Source of the DNA: Planctomycetota bacterium
GTDB taxonomy: Bacteria > Planctomycetota > UBA8108 > UBA1146
Assembly (NCBI GenBank): GCA_036338595.1
Contig: JAYZBV010000073.1
Location: 1-64,000, forward strand
Length of the DNA: 64,000 bases
Reading direction: 5' to 3'
A model generated the notes under the pieces. That model did no database searches, was not told where the DNA came from, and saw only the letters and a program-made list of their open reading frames with translations. Position 1 is the stretch's first letter. Every line of letters begins with the position of its first letter. Shown one piece after another: positions 10,289-21,183 of this stretch. The position numbers and the translations under genes were made by a program.

Positions 10289-11180
10289 AGAGGCGCAGCG
10301 ACTGCTCGACCCTGCATCACTGGCGAAAGTCGCCGGTCTGGTCGTCCGTGCCCGGATGATCGTCGAGGGGTCGATCACGGGTCTCCACCGAAGTCCATTC
10401 CACGGCTCGTCCGTCGAGTTTGCGGAGCACAGAGAGTATGTCGCTGGAGACGATATCCGTCACATCGACTGGAAAGTCTTCGGCCGCTCCGATCGTTTCT
10501 ACATCAAACAGTTCGAGGAGGAGACAAATCTGCGGGTTCAACTGGTGCTCGACGCCAGTGAGTCAATGACCTACGGCTCGGGAGCGATGACCAAGTTGGA
10601 CTACGCCAGAACACTCGCGGCTTCTCTCGCCTACTTGATTCTTGGTCAGCAGGATGCTGTCGGTGCGCTCGTCTTCGATGATGAGATCCGGGCAGAAGCA
10701 CCCATCTCGCAGAGCAGAAGTCACCTTCAGGACCTGGTAACGGTCCTGTCCCAGCAATCAGGACAGGACACCACCGACATCGGTCAGGTTCTTGCAAATG
10801 TTTCTGATCGTTTGAAGCGCCGCTGCCTCATAGTTCTGCTCTCTGATCTGTTCGACGATCAGGATCGCCTGGTGCATGGCCTACGCAGGCTGCGCCATGC
10901 CGGGCACGATGTCCTCGTGCTTCACATCATGGACCCCGATGAGTTGAATTTTCCCTTCACGAGAATGACTCTGTTCGAAGGACTAGAGGATCTGCCTGTT
11001 CAACTGGCAGATCCGGATGCTGTGCGCGAGGCCTATCTGGTCGAAGTGCGTGAGTTCATGCGAAATCTGCGCAGAGATTTTCGCAACAGTGGCATCCAGT
11101 ACCAGTTGGCGGATTGTTCACTCGGGTTTGACCAGGTGCTTCGTGAGGCACTGGTTCGTAGGGTAGGCGGGCGGAAATGA
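10278..11180 (+). CDS. DUF58 family (VWA-like) protein, MoxR partner
   Basis: [30 protein letters not shown] and DASESM motifs; overlaps moxR. Confidence 0.93.
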   Translation: MSSEEAQRLLDPASLAKVAGLVVRARMIVEGSITGLHRSPFHGSSVEFAEHREYVAGDDIRHIDWKVFGRSDRFYIKQFEEETNLRVQLVLDASESMTYGSGAMTKLDYARTLAASLAYLILGQQDAVGALVFDDEIRAEAPISQSRSHLQDLVTVLSQQSGQDTTDIGQVLANVSDRLKRRCLIVLLSDLFDDQDRLVHGLRRLRHAGHDVLVLHIMDPDELNFPFTRMTLFEGLEDLPVQLADPDAVREAYLVEVREFMRNLRRDFRNSGIQYQLADCSLGFDQVLREALVRRVGGRK

Positions 11181-13372
11181 ACTTTGCCAATCCTGCACTG
11201 CTTGGATTCCTTGCTCTGGGACTGATTCCCATCGTGATCTATCTGATCAACCGACAGCGATACCGTCGGCGCCCATGGGCGGCGATGGAGTTCCTGCTGA
11301 GAGCGATGAAGAGACACAGACGACGTCTCAGGCTCGAGAATCTCCTGCTGCTACTGCTAAGAACAGTGGCTTTACTTCTATTCGTGATGGCGATGGCGCG
11401 TCCGACAGTCTCCACGGACGCATTGCCGATCCTGGGTCAGCAGGTTCGCAGAGAGGGTGTGATCATCGATGCATCGGGAAGTTCAGCAGCGAGGATGACC
11501 AGCCGTACCTCGATGGAAACTGCCCGGGATCAAGCTCGTCAGTTGCTACTGGGTCTGGAGAAGGGCGACCAGGCTACATTACTCGTCGGGGGATTACCTC
11601 CTTCGGAAACTCCGATCCCTCGTCCGGAGATGGTGGGAGACGCGGGTCCTCCAGGAATTCTCGGCGATCTGGAACAACTGGCACCCGGCTGGCTCACCCT
11701 CACCCCTGAGGTGCTCATCTCGGATGCTGCATCGATGGTGGTCGAACAGGGAGGTGCCTGGAACTTTCACATCTACTCCGATTTTCAGCGAGGCGATTGG
11801 CTCTCGGAGGACGGAGCGGAACTTCCAGCAGTGAGGGAATCACTGGCGAGACTGGAAGCTACTGGTGCACAGTTGATATTGCATCAGGTCGGACCGGAGC
11901 GGCCGCGCAATGTCACGCTTTCATCACTTCGTCCATCCACAGGTCTGATCAGTTCGGATGTTCCGATTGCGTTCCAGGCGGTGATTGAGAATGCCGGCAT
12001 CGAATTGGTACCGGGAATAGAGGTCGAGTTCCTCGTGGATGGCCAGGTTCAGGGTAGCCGCAGGATAGACATCGATGGAGGTGAGGGCCGAACCATCTCA
12101 TTCCCTTACATCTTTCGGATGCCAGGGGTGGCCCGGGTCGAGGTACGACTTCGAAGTGATGATCTGGATCGAGACGATGTGAGGTACTTCGCCGCCGAAG
12201 TCCTGGAGGCTGTAGATATTCTGGTCGCAGATGGCGGCTGGGATCCGGTAGAGGAGTCTTCCGAGTCCGATTGGTTGGTTGCGGCTCTGGGCGACGACGA
12301 GGTTGGACCCACCGGAGTACGCCTTTCCCCATACAGGGTCGAGGTGGTTCCGGAGGATCGTCTTCTGTCTGCGGATCTCGCCTCTGCACGAGTCCTGGTG
12401 CTGGCGGATGTCGCCAACATGGAAGAGGAGTTCTCGAGTAAGATCGATGAATTCCTGCAGCAAGGTGGTGGCGTACTGGTCTTCACCGGAGCCCGGATGA
12501 AATCAGACAGTTGGACGAGAAATGCCTGGCGAAACGGGGATGGCTGGTTCCCGTACGAGGCGGGGCCCGCCATCGAGGACAAGAGACGGCAGATCTTCTA
12601 TCACTGGCAGATCGATGCGCCCGAGCACCCCGTGCTGGAATACCTGTCCGGTTTCCCCGAGGCAGGGCTAGGGGATGTCGCCATCAATGGACACAGGCCT
12701 CCGTTGACTCCGGTTCCTGAGGCAGATGTCCTGATGTCCCTGGACAATTTCGAGTCGACACCGATCCTGGTCCAGAAGGCCTGGGGCGGCGGAGTCGTAC
12801 TTGTATTCGGGACCGGTGCTGATCGAGACTGGAGTAACTTTCCCATCACGCCGGCCTATGTTTGCTTCCTGCATGAAGCGATGCCTTGGCTCACCTTGCG
12901 CGATGGAGGTGGGCGCAATCTGGCGCTCGGGCAGCCGTGGATCCAGAAGATCTCCTCTGAGGATTATGCGACTCGAGTCACCATGTTGACTCCCGACGGC
13001 GGAGCGGTGCCTCTGGCGCTTCGCGAAACAGATGACCGACGCTCCTTCGATCTCAATGTTGCCGGTCGCTGGGTTCCTGGCGTGTACGAGGTTCGTTTCG
13101 AGAAGGACACGGGCGAGGTGCGCAGCGATTCCTTCGCCGTCAATGCGAAGGCATCGGAGGGTGCTCTGGTTTTTGCAGACCCCGAGGAGATCGCAACGAT
13201 TTATCCTGCAGTTGTCCACGACGACTCTCAGATGAATTTAGAGGATGACAATCAGCGCAGCTCGGTTCTGGGAGATCTCTGGTATCCACTGTTCTGGGTC
13301 GTACTGGCGTTGCTTGTGGCGGAAACCTGTCTCGCCTACTTCTTTGGCCGCGCAAGAAGGAGAGGCGAATGA
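11177..13372 (+). CDS. BatA-like N-terminal double-TM + VWA + Ig-like + GATase-like membrane protein
   Basis: MNFANP..LIPIVIYLINR..PWAAMEFL..LLRT..ARP N-terminus; IDASGS MIDAS-like motif; FLQQGGGVLVF; C-terminal TM helix. Confidence 0.85.
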   Translation: MNFANPALLGFLALGLIPIVIYLINRQRYRRRPWAAMEFLLRAMKRHRRRLRLENLLLLLLRTVALLLFVMAMARPTVSTDALPILGQQVRREGVIIDASGSSAARMTSRTSMETARDQARQLLLGLEKGDQATLLVGGLPPSETPIPRPEMVGDAGPPGILGDLEQLAPGWLTLTPEVLISDAASMVVEQGGAWNFHIYSDFQRGDWLSEDGAELPAVRESLARLEATGAQLILHQVGPERPRNVTLSSLRPSTGLISSDVPIAFQAVIENAGIELVPGIEVEFLVDGQVQGSRRIDIDGGEGRTISFPYIFRMPGVARVEVRLRSDDLDRDDVRYFAAEVLEAVDILVADGGWDPVEESSESDWLVAALGDDEVGPTGVRLSPYRVEVVPEDRLLSADLASARVLVLADVANMEEEFSSKIDEFLQQGGGVLVFTGARMKSDSWTRNAWRNGDGWFPYEAGPAIEDKRRQIFYHWQIDAPEHPVLEYLSGFPEAGLGDVAINGHRPPLTPVPEADVLMSLDNFESTPILVQKAWGGGVVLVFGTGADRDWSNFPITPAYVCFLHEAMPWLTLRDGGGRNLALGQPWIQKISSEDYATRVTMLTPDGGAVPLALRETDDRRSFDLNVAGRWVPGVYEVRFEKDTGEVRSDSFAVNAKASEGALVFADPEEIATIYPAVVHDDSQMNLEDDNQRSSVLGDLWYPLFWVVLALLVAETCLAYFFGRARRRGE

Positions 13373-15804
13373 TGTCCCTTGTTCTGGCGCTTTCAGAGAC
13401 TCGTCTCGAAACCCGGATCGAATGGCTTGCAGCACCAGAGCCATGGATCATCGCCGTGGTCATCCTGCCGCTGCTGATCGGCCTCAGCGCCTGGGGGTAC
13501 AGGGGGGATCAGGGGAGACTCGGAGGCACAACGAGATTCATGCTGGGATCGCTTCGCTTTCTTGCGCTCCTGCTCGTGGTTCTGATCCTGTTTCGCCCGA
13601 CCCTCACGAAGGAGCGAGTTCAGACCGAATCATCGACGGTGTTGATCGTTGTCGACGATTCATTCTCGATGGGGATCCAGGACAGATGGTCCGATCCATC
13701 GATTCCTCCTGCGATCACATCCGTATCGGGCGTTCCCATCGTCGAGCAAACGACCAGGCTGGATATCGCTCGTGGTGTATTGACCGGGGGGACCTCTGAC
13801 CTGGTGGAGCGCCTGCGACAGAATGCAGATGTGCGAATCGTGGCCGGATCCGATGGAGTCCGTGGCATTGCAGATCTTCCGAAGCGCCAGGGTGGTGAAT
13901 CACCGACCACCGACGAGGTTTCCTTCGACGCCAGCAAGATCGAACTGCGGGGGCGCGTGAGCAGGATCGGCGATGCGATGGGGGATACCCTCGATGATGC
14001 GCGAGGGAAGACCGTCGCTGCAATGGTTCTCCTGAGTGACGGAAGAGACAGTGGCGGCGCAGTAACTCCAGAGGAAGTGGCACGTCGGTTTGGTGCGCGG
14101 GAAATCCCCATCCATGTCATCGGGATCGGTAATGCCGAGGAACCCCGTGATATTCGCCTGATAGACATGGATATCGCGGATGTCGTACTGGAGGGAGACA
14201 GGGTTCCGGTCGACTTCCGAATCGCTGCAGAAGGATATGAGGGTGTCGACGTCCGGGCAGAGCTACAACTGTTGCGGGAGGACGGGGGAATCGAACAACG
14301 TGTTCCTTACTACCCTCGAATCGGTAAGGACGGGCAGGTCGTCCCTCACCGTCTTGAGTTCACACCTCGATCTCCTGGCAAGTACCTCTGTCGAGTCGAG
14401 ATTGATCATCAACCTGGAGAATTGTTCAGCGAGAATAACGCACTGGAACGTCCGGTCACCGTTGTCGCAAGGAAGATCAAGGTACTCTACGTGGAAGGGC
14501 CTCCCCGATACGACTACCGGTACCTGAAAAATTCGTTGATCAGAGACCCGACGATGGAAACTCAATGCCTGTTGCTCGAAGCAGACCCGGAGTTTCCCCA
14601 GGAGTCATCGCCAGGGGTTGCTCCACTCAGAGAATTTCCTCGCACTCGAGAAGAGTTGTTTCAATACGATGTCTTGATACTTGGAGATATCCGTCCTGAC
14701 GCTCTGTCGGTGAATCAGAAGGAGTGGATAGTAGAGTTTGTGGATGATCATGGTGGTGGCCTGGTGTTCATCGCCGGCCAGTGGTTCATGCCAAGGAGGT
14801 TCAGAGGCGATCCACTCGAGCGAGTTCTGCCGGTGGAACTCGAAGAAGCAGATGATCGTGGATCGATGTCGAGGGACCTGGTGGAACCATTTCATGTCCA
14901 ACTGACTCCCGAAGGGCTGGAGCATCCCGTGATGCAACTGGTATCGGACGGTGAAAAAAACAAAGAACTCTGGCAGTGGCAGGGCCGCAGCGATCAAACG
15001 ATGCCGGGTTTCTTCTGGTACCAGCGAGTCAAGAAACTCCGAAAGGGTGCCGTGGCGCTTGCGGTTCATGAGTCTGATGAGCACTTCACCTATGGACCGA
15101 GACCGATCTTCGCGTTCCAGTACTTCGGTCGAGGTCGTACCTTCATCTCCCTGACCGATGACACATGGAGGCTGAGGAGGTTGGTCGGGAACCGCTGGTT
15201 CTATCGCTTCTGGGGTCAGGTCACTCGATTCGTCGGAGCTGCCCGGTTGCTGGGTCCCTCGAAGCGGTTTTCGGTGAGTGTAGATCCGAGGGAAGTGGTA
15301 CTCGGAAATGAGGTCAAGATACTGGCCAGGATGCTGGGACCCGATTTCAAGCCGACCTCGGAAGAGGAAGCCCTGCTGAGGATGGAGCGAGTCGAGGATT
15401 CAGATGGCCGGGCGCTGGAAATTCAGGCGGTCCGAAACCCTGCACGGCCGGAGTACTACGAGGCCTCCATCGAGGCGCGAGCTCTGGGTGAGCACAGAAT
15501 CTCCCTCATCGATCGCGAGGAGGAGGTCGCCAGTACCGTGTACAGGGTCGTTGTACCCCAACTGGAGTATGCGGATCCGAGGATGGACAGAACGCGCCTC
15601 CAGCAGATTGCAACCCTCTCCGGTGGCAAATATCATGAGGTGACGGACGCCGCAAATGTTGCCGAGGAGGTGGAAGCGCTGGAGAGAGAAGTGCCGATTT
15701 CCGCCGAGCGAGAGCCTCTCTGGGATCATCGCTGGGTTCTGGCCCTCTTTACGCTGCTGCTGACTGTAGAATGGATACTGCGAAAGGTAGTCCGGCTCCC
15801 TTGA
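13369..15804 (+). CDS. VWA + glutamine-amidotransferase-like domain membrane protein
   Basis: N-terminal TMs; VDDSFSM and LLSDG VWA motifs; VLYVEGPPRYDYRYL, YDVLILGD, GGGLVFIAG; C-terminal LWD..EWILRK. Confidence 0.85.
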   Translation: MMSLVLALSETRLETRIEWLAAPEPWIIAVVILPLLIGLSAWGYRGDQGRLGGTTRFMLGSLRFLALLLVVLILFRPTLTKERVQTESSTVLIVVDDSFSMGIQDRWSDPSIPPAITSVSGVPIVEQTTRLDIARGVLTGGTSDLVERLRQNADVRIVAGSDGVRGIADLPKRQGGESPTTDEVSFDASKIELRGRVSRIGDAMGDTLDDARGKTVAAMVLLSDGRDSGGAVTPEEVARRFGAREIPIHVIGIGNAEEPRDIRLIDMDIADVVLEGDRVPVDFRIAAEGYEGVDVRAELQLLREDGGIEQRVPYYPRIGKDGQVVPHRLEFTPRSPGKYLCRVEIDHQPGELFSENNALERPVTVVARKIKVLYVEGPPRYDYRYLKNSLIRDPTMETQCLLLEADPEFPQESSPGVAPLREFPRTREELFQYDVLILGDIRPDALSVNQKEWIVEFVDDHGGGLVFIAGQWFMPRRFRGDPLERVLPVELEEADDRGSMSRDLVEPFHVQLTPEGLEHPVMQLVSDGEKNKELWQWQGRSDQTMPGFFWYQRVKKLRKGAVALAVHESDEHFTYGPRPIFAFQYFGRGRTFISLTDDTWRLRRLVGNRWFYRFWGQVTRFVGAARLLGPSKRFSVSVDPREVVLGNEVKILARMLGPDFKPTSEEEALLRMERVEDSDGRALEIQAVRNPARPEYYEASIEARALGEHRISLIDREEEVASTVYRVVVPQLEYADPRMDRTRLQQIATLSGGKYHEVTDAANVAEEVEALEREVPISAEREPLWDHRWVLALFTLLLTVEWILRKVVRLP

Positions 15805-17903
15805 AGAAATTCCTCACCTCCACTGACTCCAGCCATTTGAAACAGCGATCAGCGTTTCGTCCTCTACTGCTGACCTCGTTGCTGCTGTTTTCTGTCAATG
15901 GCACTCTCCGAGCGGATATCGGCTCAGCCTTGATCCCCTTGCTGGTCGGGGCCGACGGGGTCATCCAGGAGTATCGGAATGCGGTGTCTCACATCGATTC
16001 AGGGGAAGTCCTCAAGGGAATCCGCAAGATCCAGGTTCTTCATGAAACCGTGTGGGGGAACAACCCCCAGATGGAGGCCGATTCCTCCGATAACTGGCGA
16101 GTCGTCAGGCCACTTTCAACTCGAATCATCGAAAGATTGCGAGCACTGCCTCCTGAGCACCAGCAGATGTATCGCAAGGAGTTCGACATTCAAGCTCGCT
16201 CCGTGCTCGATAGAGCACTGTCCGACATGGACCCGGAAGCGCTCCTGAGAGCGGCAGATATCTACCCTTTGACCGATGCGCGGATCGAAGCGCTGGTCGC
16301 AGCAGGCGACCTTTTCCTCGAGCGAGACCAGCCTCAACTGGCGGTCGGTGCCTGGGATCTAGTACTGCTTGAACTGGCAATTGGCGACCAGAATGCCGCT
16401 CGCAGTGATGAGTTATCCATCTCCTTGAAGCCTCGTCTGTGGCTGGCACTGATGCGGGCAGGGAAATCGCAGCGAGCAGAAAAACTGAGAAGCGAGGCGG
16501 GTGACCAGGGGCAACCCTTCGAAGAGAGTTCCATCACTTCAATGCCTTCCGATCAGGCGCATGTTCCGGAAAATCCCATCGAAGAGGGTGTGATCGCCTG
16601 GAAGACGCACAACTACTCGCAGCATGTTGCCTACGGTACCGGGCGAGGAAGAAGTTACTATCCCGACCTGACGGGTTCGATCCTGACACCCGGGATCGGC
16701 CAGGACTGGGTAGCCATCGCAACTTCGAGGCGCCTCCTTCGTTATGACCTTCGTACCGGAAAACTGGTAGCCAACGATAACCTCCATTCTGGAGCGCCGT
16801 ACTTCGAGGAGCAGGATCCGGATTCTCGCCTGTGGGCGGCGACCGACGGTTCATTACTGATCTCCAGTTACGTCGCCTGGGCCAGTCGCCGTGAAGATTA
16901 CCTGGGATTCGACATCCAGGTCTCTCTCCCGTCGCGTGCCATGAAGTGCTGGGATGTGAACGGTGATGGAAGGCTGCTCTGGGACACATCGGATCGGTCA
17001 AACGGCGATGCGATGCTCAGAAAAAGTTCGTTCAACTCGACCCCGGTGATCAAGGACGGCAAGGTCTGGGCACTCGGTTGGAGGAAGAGCGGCTACATCG
17101 ATGTGACTCTCTGGTGCCTGGATGCGAGAACAGGAAAGAAGATCTGGTCTCGACCGATTGTCGGTAACCAGGTGGAACTGACGATGTTCGGTGAACCGGC
17201 ACGAGAGCCGATTCTGGGGTCGGTACTCCTCGCAGACGGCATGGTTTATTGCTGTTCCAACCTCGGTGTGATTGCCGCGATGCGCGCATGGGATGGGCAG
17301 GTGCAGTGGATAGCCGAATACGATCGTCAATCCAAGCGAAGTTACCGAAGTCGTTACCGTCAGCCTCGAAGGGGCAGAGTCTGGGCGCCGAATCCACTTG
17401 TATTGCATGACGGAAAGTTGTTCGTGACGCCTCTCGATTCGAGTCAACTCCATGCCATCAATGCCGAAACCGGTTCCATCATCTCGCAAGTCGAGGGTAA
17501 GGGACTGGGTCCTCATATGCTCGGTGTGACCGATGGAAGGCTGGTTCTGTTTGGTGATCTTCTCACCTCGATGATGGTGAGCGATATCGGGAGATCCGAA
17601 CAGTGGAATCAGGCTCTCACTCGATCCCCAGCCACCGCCAGGCCAGCCCTGGTAGAAGGTGGAGTGATCTACATCAGCGTCAATGAATCTGCGTTGTATC
17701 AGCAAGCACTGGACCACACTCATGCGACAAGAGTGATCGCATCCCTCTCCGACGGCCCGAAGCAGCGCCCCGGCATCGGCGTCTTCCGCGCGGAAAGTTC
17801 CATCGGTGGGCGAGTGGATGTTGTCGGTGATCGCATCATCCTCACCAATCTCATCCAGGCCACGTGCCTGACCCAGCGACTGGCGATCTGGGAGGATAAG
17901 TGA
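15801..17903 (+). CDS. Exported TPR + PQQ/BamB-like beta-propeller protein
   Basis: Signal-like hydrophobic N-terminus; repeats YDLRTGK, LDARTGKKIW, RAWDGQVQW and INAETG. TTG start overlaps the upstream TGA. Confidence 0.75.
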   Translation: MKKFLTSTDSSHLKQRSAFRPLLLTSLLLFSVNGTLRADIGSALIPLLVGADGVIQEYRNAVSHIDSGEVLKGIRKIQVLHETVWGNNPQMEADSSDNWRVVRPLSTRIIERLRALPPEHQQMYRKEFDIQARSVLDRALSDMDPEALLRAADIYPLTDARIEALVAAGDLFLERDQPQLAVGAWDLVLLELAIGDQNAARSDELSISLKPRLWLALMRAGKSQRAEKLRSEAGDQGQPFEESSITSMPSDQAHVPENPIEEGVIAWKTHNYSQHVAYGTGRGRSYYPDLTGSILTPGIGQDWVAIATSRRLLRYDLRTGKLVANDNLHSGAPYFEEQDPDSRLWAATDGSLLISSYVAWASRREDYLGFDIQVSLPSRAMKCWDVNGDGRLLWDTSDRSNGDAMLRKSSFNSTPVIKDGKVWALGWRKSGYIDVTLWCLDARTGKKIWSRPIVGNQVELTMFGEPAREPILGSVLLADGMVYCCSNLGVIAAMRAWDGQVQWIAEYDRQSKRSYRSRYRQPRRGRVWAPNPLVLHDGKLFVTPLDSSQLHAINAETGSIISQVEGKGLGPHMLGVTDGRLVLFGDLLTSMMVSDIGRSEQWNQALTRSPATARPALVEGGVIYISVNESALYQQALDHTHATRVIASLSDGPKQRPGIGVFRAESSIGGRVDVVGDRIILTNLIQATCLTQRLAIWEDK

Positions 17904-19000
17904 TGAACACCGGAACCAGGTGGCTAATACTGGTGATGTCCGTGTTGCTCGTTTTTCCGGCACCAAGTGCTCTGACCTTTGCCGTAGACGATGATGAGCC
18001 GACTCGAATCATCGATTTGAAGTTGCAAGAGCGAGCACGCCTTGCCGCAGAGAGGGGTCTTGAATTTCTCAAACAGACCCAGAATGCGGATGGGTCCTGG
18101 ACCGACAAGATCGGTCGGAAGGTCCATTACGAGTACCGTGGAAGACTTGGCAAGCACGTCGGGGTGACCTCGCTCGCCTGCCTTGCGTTTCTCGCCCAGG
18201 GGAGTCTCCCGGGTCGAGGAAAGTACGGCGAACAGGTTGAGAAGGGCCTCGACTTCATCCTGAGGACGGTTCAGACCAACGGATTCATCTCCACCGATGA
18301 GTCAAGGATGTACAGCCACGCCTTCGCCACTCTATTCCTTGCCGAGGTCTACGGCATGACCGGAATGGAGAAGGTCAAGGAGAAGCTAAAGAGCGCTGCA
18401 GGGCTGATCATCCAGGCGCAGAATGACACGGGTGGTTGGCGCTACCAGCCGGGAGCGGATGATGCGGACATGAGTATCACCGTCTGTCAGGTGATGGCAT
18501 TGAGAGCTGCCAGAAACGCTGGTATCCACGTGCCGAAGGAGGTGGTAGATGCCGCCATCAAGTACGTGCGAGATTCCTCGAACATAGAAAGTGGCGGGTT
18601 CATGTACCAGCATGAGGTCGGACCCACTGGACGGGTGCAAAGATCGAGGACCACTTTTCCTCTCACCGCTGCGGGGATCACTGCGCTCTACGGTGCTGGG
18701 GTTTATGAGGACCGCATCATCGATCGTGGGTTGATCTATCTGCGCCACCATCGGCCGAGAAGATACGAAGCTCTCAATACCTTCGACTACTACTACGGGA
18801 TGTACTACGCAACCCAGGCCGCTTTCCAGCGTGGCGGCGAGTTCTGGACTTCATGGCACAGGGACACATGGCGCGACATCCTATCTCTGCAGAATCCGGA
18901 TGGGTCGTGGCAAGATCTTGTGGGACCCAATTATGCGACTGCGATGGCGTGTATCATCCTTGAGATTCCGTTCCAGTACCTGCCGATATTCGAGAGGTGA
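17900..19000 (+). CDS. Prenyltransferase/squalene-oxidase-repeat (alpha/alpha toroid) protein 1, signal peptide
   Basis: QW-type repeats QNADGSW, QNDTGGWRY and QNPDGSW; DMSIT..QVMALRAARNAGI. Confidence 0.85.
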   Translation: MMNTGTRWLILVMSVLLVFPAPSALTFAVDDDEPTRIIDLKLQERARLAAERGLEFLKQTQNADGSWTDKIGRKVHYEYRGRLGKHVGVTSLACLAFLAQGSLPGRGKYGEQVEKGLDFILRTVQTNGFISTDESRMYSHAFATLFLAEVYGMTGMEKVKEKLKSAAGLIIQAQNDTGGWRYQPGADDADMSITVCQVMALRAARNAGIHVPKEVVDAAIKYVRDSSNIESGGFMYQHEVGPTGRVQRSRTTFPLTAAGITALYGAGVYEDRIIDRGLIYLRHHRPRRYEALNTFDYYYGMYYATQAAFQRGGEFWTSWHRDTWRDILSLQNPDGSWQDLVGPNYATAMACIILEIPFQYLPIFER

Positions 19001-21183
19001 TCGTGATCGATCCGATGGAAACAGCCTCGATCGAGAGACCTCGCCTGGCACTCCAGAAGATCCGGGAGTTGCGAGGGCGTAGACGGTTGATGCGATCCAT
19101 CACCGGAGGATTCCGCTGGTTGGTGGTGGTGATTGCATGCGTCTGGCTGATGTTCTTGCTCGATTGGTTTGCAGATCTTCCGATGGCACTCAGGGTCGGG
19201 CAGATCGCAGCGACCGTCACGCTGCTACTGATTACCTTTCGTGCCATCTTGTTGGCAGCGAGGACTCCTGCGACAGAGGATCAACTCGCCTCCATGGTAG
19301 AAAAAGCATCCAGTGAACTCGAAGACGCTCTGATCACAGCAGTTCAATTGACAGACCCTGAGAATCCTCGGCGCCATCTCTACAATCCGGAACTCATCGA
19401 AGAGACCGTCAAGATCGCAGAGAGCCGAATGGCCAACATGCGGCCAGGACGATTGCTATCCTGGAGCCGTGCCTTGTCGACGATCGGCCTGCTGTCTCTG
19501 CTGCTCTTTCCTGCCATCATCGGTGGTTGGCTGCGGCCTGATCTTCTTCACACCTTCGTCGAGCGCGATCTATTGCTCGGAAATGACCCCTGGCCCCGTG
19601 CCTATGATCTGGTGGTGACGAGCCCGAAAGATACAGATCTAGTGGTGGCAAAGGGGACATCATTGGTGATCGATGTACTCAAGACTCGTGGAGGAAATGC
19701 CCGTGCATTCCTGGATGTGGTCTTCCCTGCAGTCGAGGGGCGAAGGGAAATGAAAGAGGAACTCGCACTCGACCGCAAGGGAACAGCTGGGTTTCGCCAT
19801 GTCTTTCAAAATCTTCAGAGAGACATCCAGTTCCGGGTGGAATGCGGAGATTTCAGTGGCCAGTGGTATTCCATCCAGGTTCGGGCCAGGCCTCGAATCG
19901 AGGAGATGGCACTTCAGTACGAATTTCCAGAATACACGGGACTCTCTTCAGAAGGCGAAGACTCGCGATCCGGGAGTGGGCACGTCAAGGCCCCGACCGG
20001 CACGCGTGTCAACTTTGTCGCACGCACCAGCATAGATGTGAAGAGTGCGGTTCGAATGGAAGCCCGACCCAGTGGTGATGGTGAAATCGTGACCGAGTCG
20101 ACGATAACGGTCGAGGATGGAAACACACTCCGGGGAGATTTCATTGCAGAAGCGGATGCACGCTGGTGGATTTCCCTCGACTCTGAACAGGGATTCACTA
20201 ACGACAATCCGATCATCTGGCGTATCGCGGTCATCCCCGACAGGGCACCGGAGGTGTCCATCGATGAACCGGGTCAGAACATCGAGATCACCCCCCGGGC
20301 GCTGTTGGATCTTTCGGTGCTCGTTCGAGATGATTACGGAGTCCAGTCCGGAAATCTGATCTTCGAACCGGAACTGGAGGGAGAATGGGAACCGAGGGTG
20401 ATCCCGCTCGATGAGATAGGAACTGCCGAGGGCCTGCACGCAGATGGATCCCAGACGCTTCAGATCGACCTGGCAACATGGCAACTGAGCGCGGGTCAGC
20501 GTGTTCAGTATCGAGCCACTGCCACGGATGCACTCGAACAACTGGGTACCAGCAGGACCTGGATACTGAGCGTTCTCAGCGAGGAAGAGCTGGAACGAGT
20601 GACCCAGGACGAACTGACGCTGCTCAAGGAGAGGCTGGAGGAGACCTTCAGTGTCCAGAGAGAGGTTCGGAGGGAACTCGAAGACGTGCGCGAAGCGTTG
20701 AATTCAGGCGAAGCGGCGATCGATCAGGCTCCGCTGGCCCGCCATGCTCGTGGTGGACAGGATCGGGTTTCAACCCGGGTGGAGGATGCTGCAGAGAGGC
20801 TTGCCACCATCGCAGAGAGATTGCTTCGAAACAGGATGAGTGACGCATCCGAGCTTGCGTGGATTCAAGAGTTGAAGGATCGCATCGATGCACTGGGATC
20901 CGAAACGATCACACCTGCAAGGGAGCAACTGGAGAAGTTGGCTGCTCGCTCGGCAGCAGGAGAAGCGACCGTTGAGGAAACGGATGAGGCGCTCGATGCA
21001 GTTCGTCGCGTCGAACGTGGACTCGCGGATGTGGTTGCTGATCTTCAGGAGTGGGGCGACCTGCGCACGGTGATTCGTAAACTTGAGGAATTGCTTCGGT
21101 CGGAGAAGGACCTTGAACATCGGATCGAAGAGAAGGTCAGAGAGTCTCTCGGAGGAGACAGCACGGAAGGAGAAAATCGATGA
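18997..21183 (+). CDS. Membrane protein with Ig-like domains and C-terminal coiled coil (DUF4175-like)
   Basis: Three TM segments; LEDALITAVQL; PDRAPEV..DDYGV motif; heptad-rich C-terminus. Confidence 0.7.
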   Translation: MIVIDPMETASIERPRLALQKIRELRGRRRLMRSITGGFRWLVVVIACVWLMFLLDWFADLPMALRVGQIAATVTLLLITFRAILLAARTPATEDQLASMVEKASSELEDALITAVQLTDPENPRRHLYNPELIEETVKIAESRMANMRPGRLLSWSRALSTIGLLSLLLFPAIIGGWLRPDLLHTFVERDLLLGNDPWPRAYDLVVTSPKDTDLVVAKGTSLVIDVLKTRGGNARAFLDVVFPAVEGRREMKEELALDRKGTAGFRHVFQNLQRDIQFRVECGDFSGQWYSIQVRARPRIEEMALQYEFPEYTGLSSEGEDSRSGSGHVKAPTGTRVNFVARTSIDVKSAVRMEARPSGDGEIVTESTITVEDGNTLRGDFIAEADARWWISLDSEQGFTNDNPIIWRIAVIPDRAPEVSIDEPGQNIEITPRALLDLSVLVRDDYGVQSGNLIFEPELEGEWEPRVIPLDEIGTAEGLHADGSQTLQIDLATWQLSAGQRVQYRATATDALEQLGTSRTWILSVLSEEELERVTQDELTLLKERLEETFSVQREVRRELEDVREALNSGEAAIDQAPLARHARGGQDRVSTRVEDAAERLATIAERLLRNRMSDASELAWIQELKDRIDALGSETITPAREQLEKLAARSAAGEATVEETDEALDAVRRVERGLADVVADLQEWGDLRTVIRKLEELLRSEKDLEHRIEEKVRESLGGDSTEGENR

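Noticed and set aside
17900..19000. Squalene-hopene cyclase / terpene biosynthetic cluster
   Set aside because: Single-domain size, signal peptide, no DxDD motif and no isoprenoid genes nearby.
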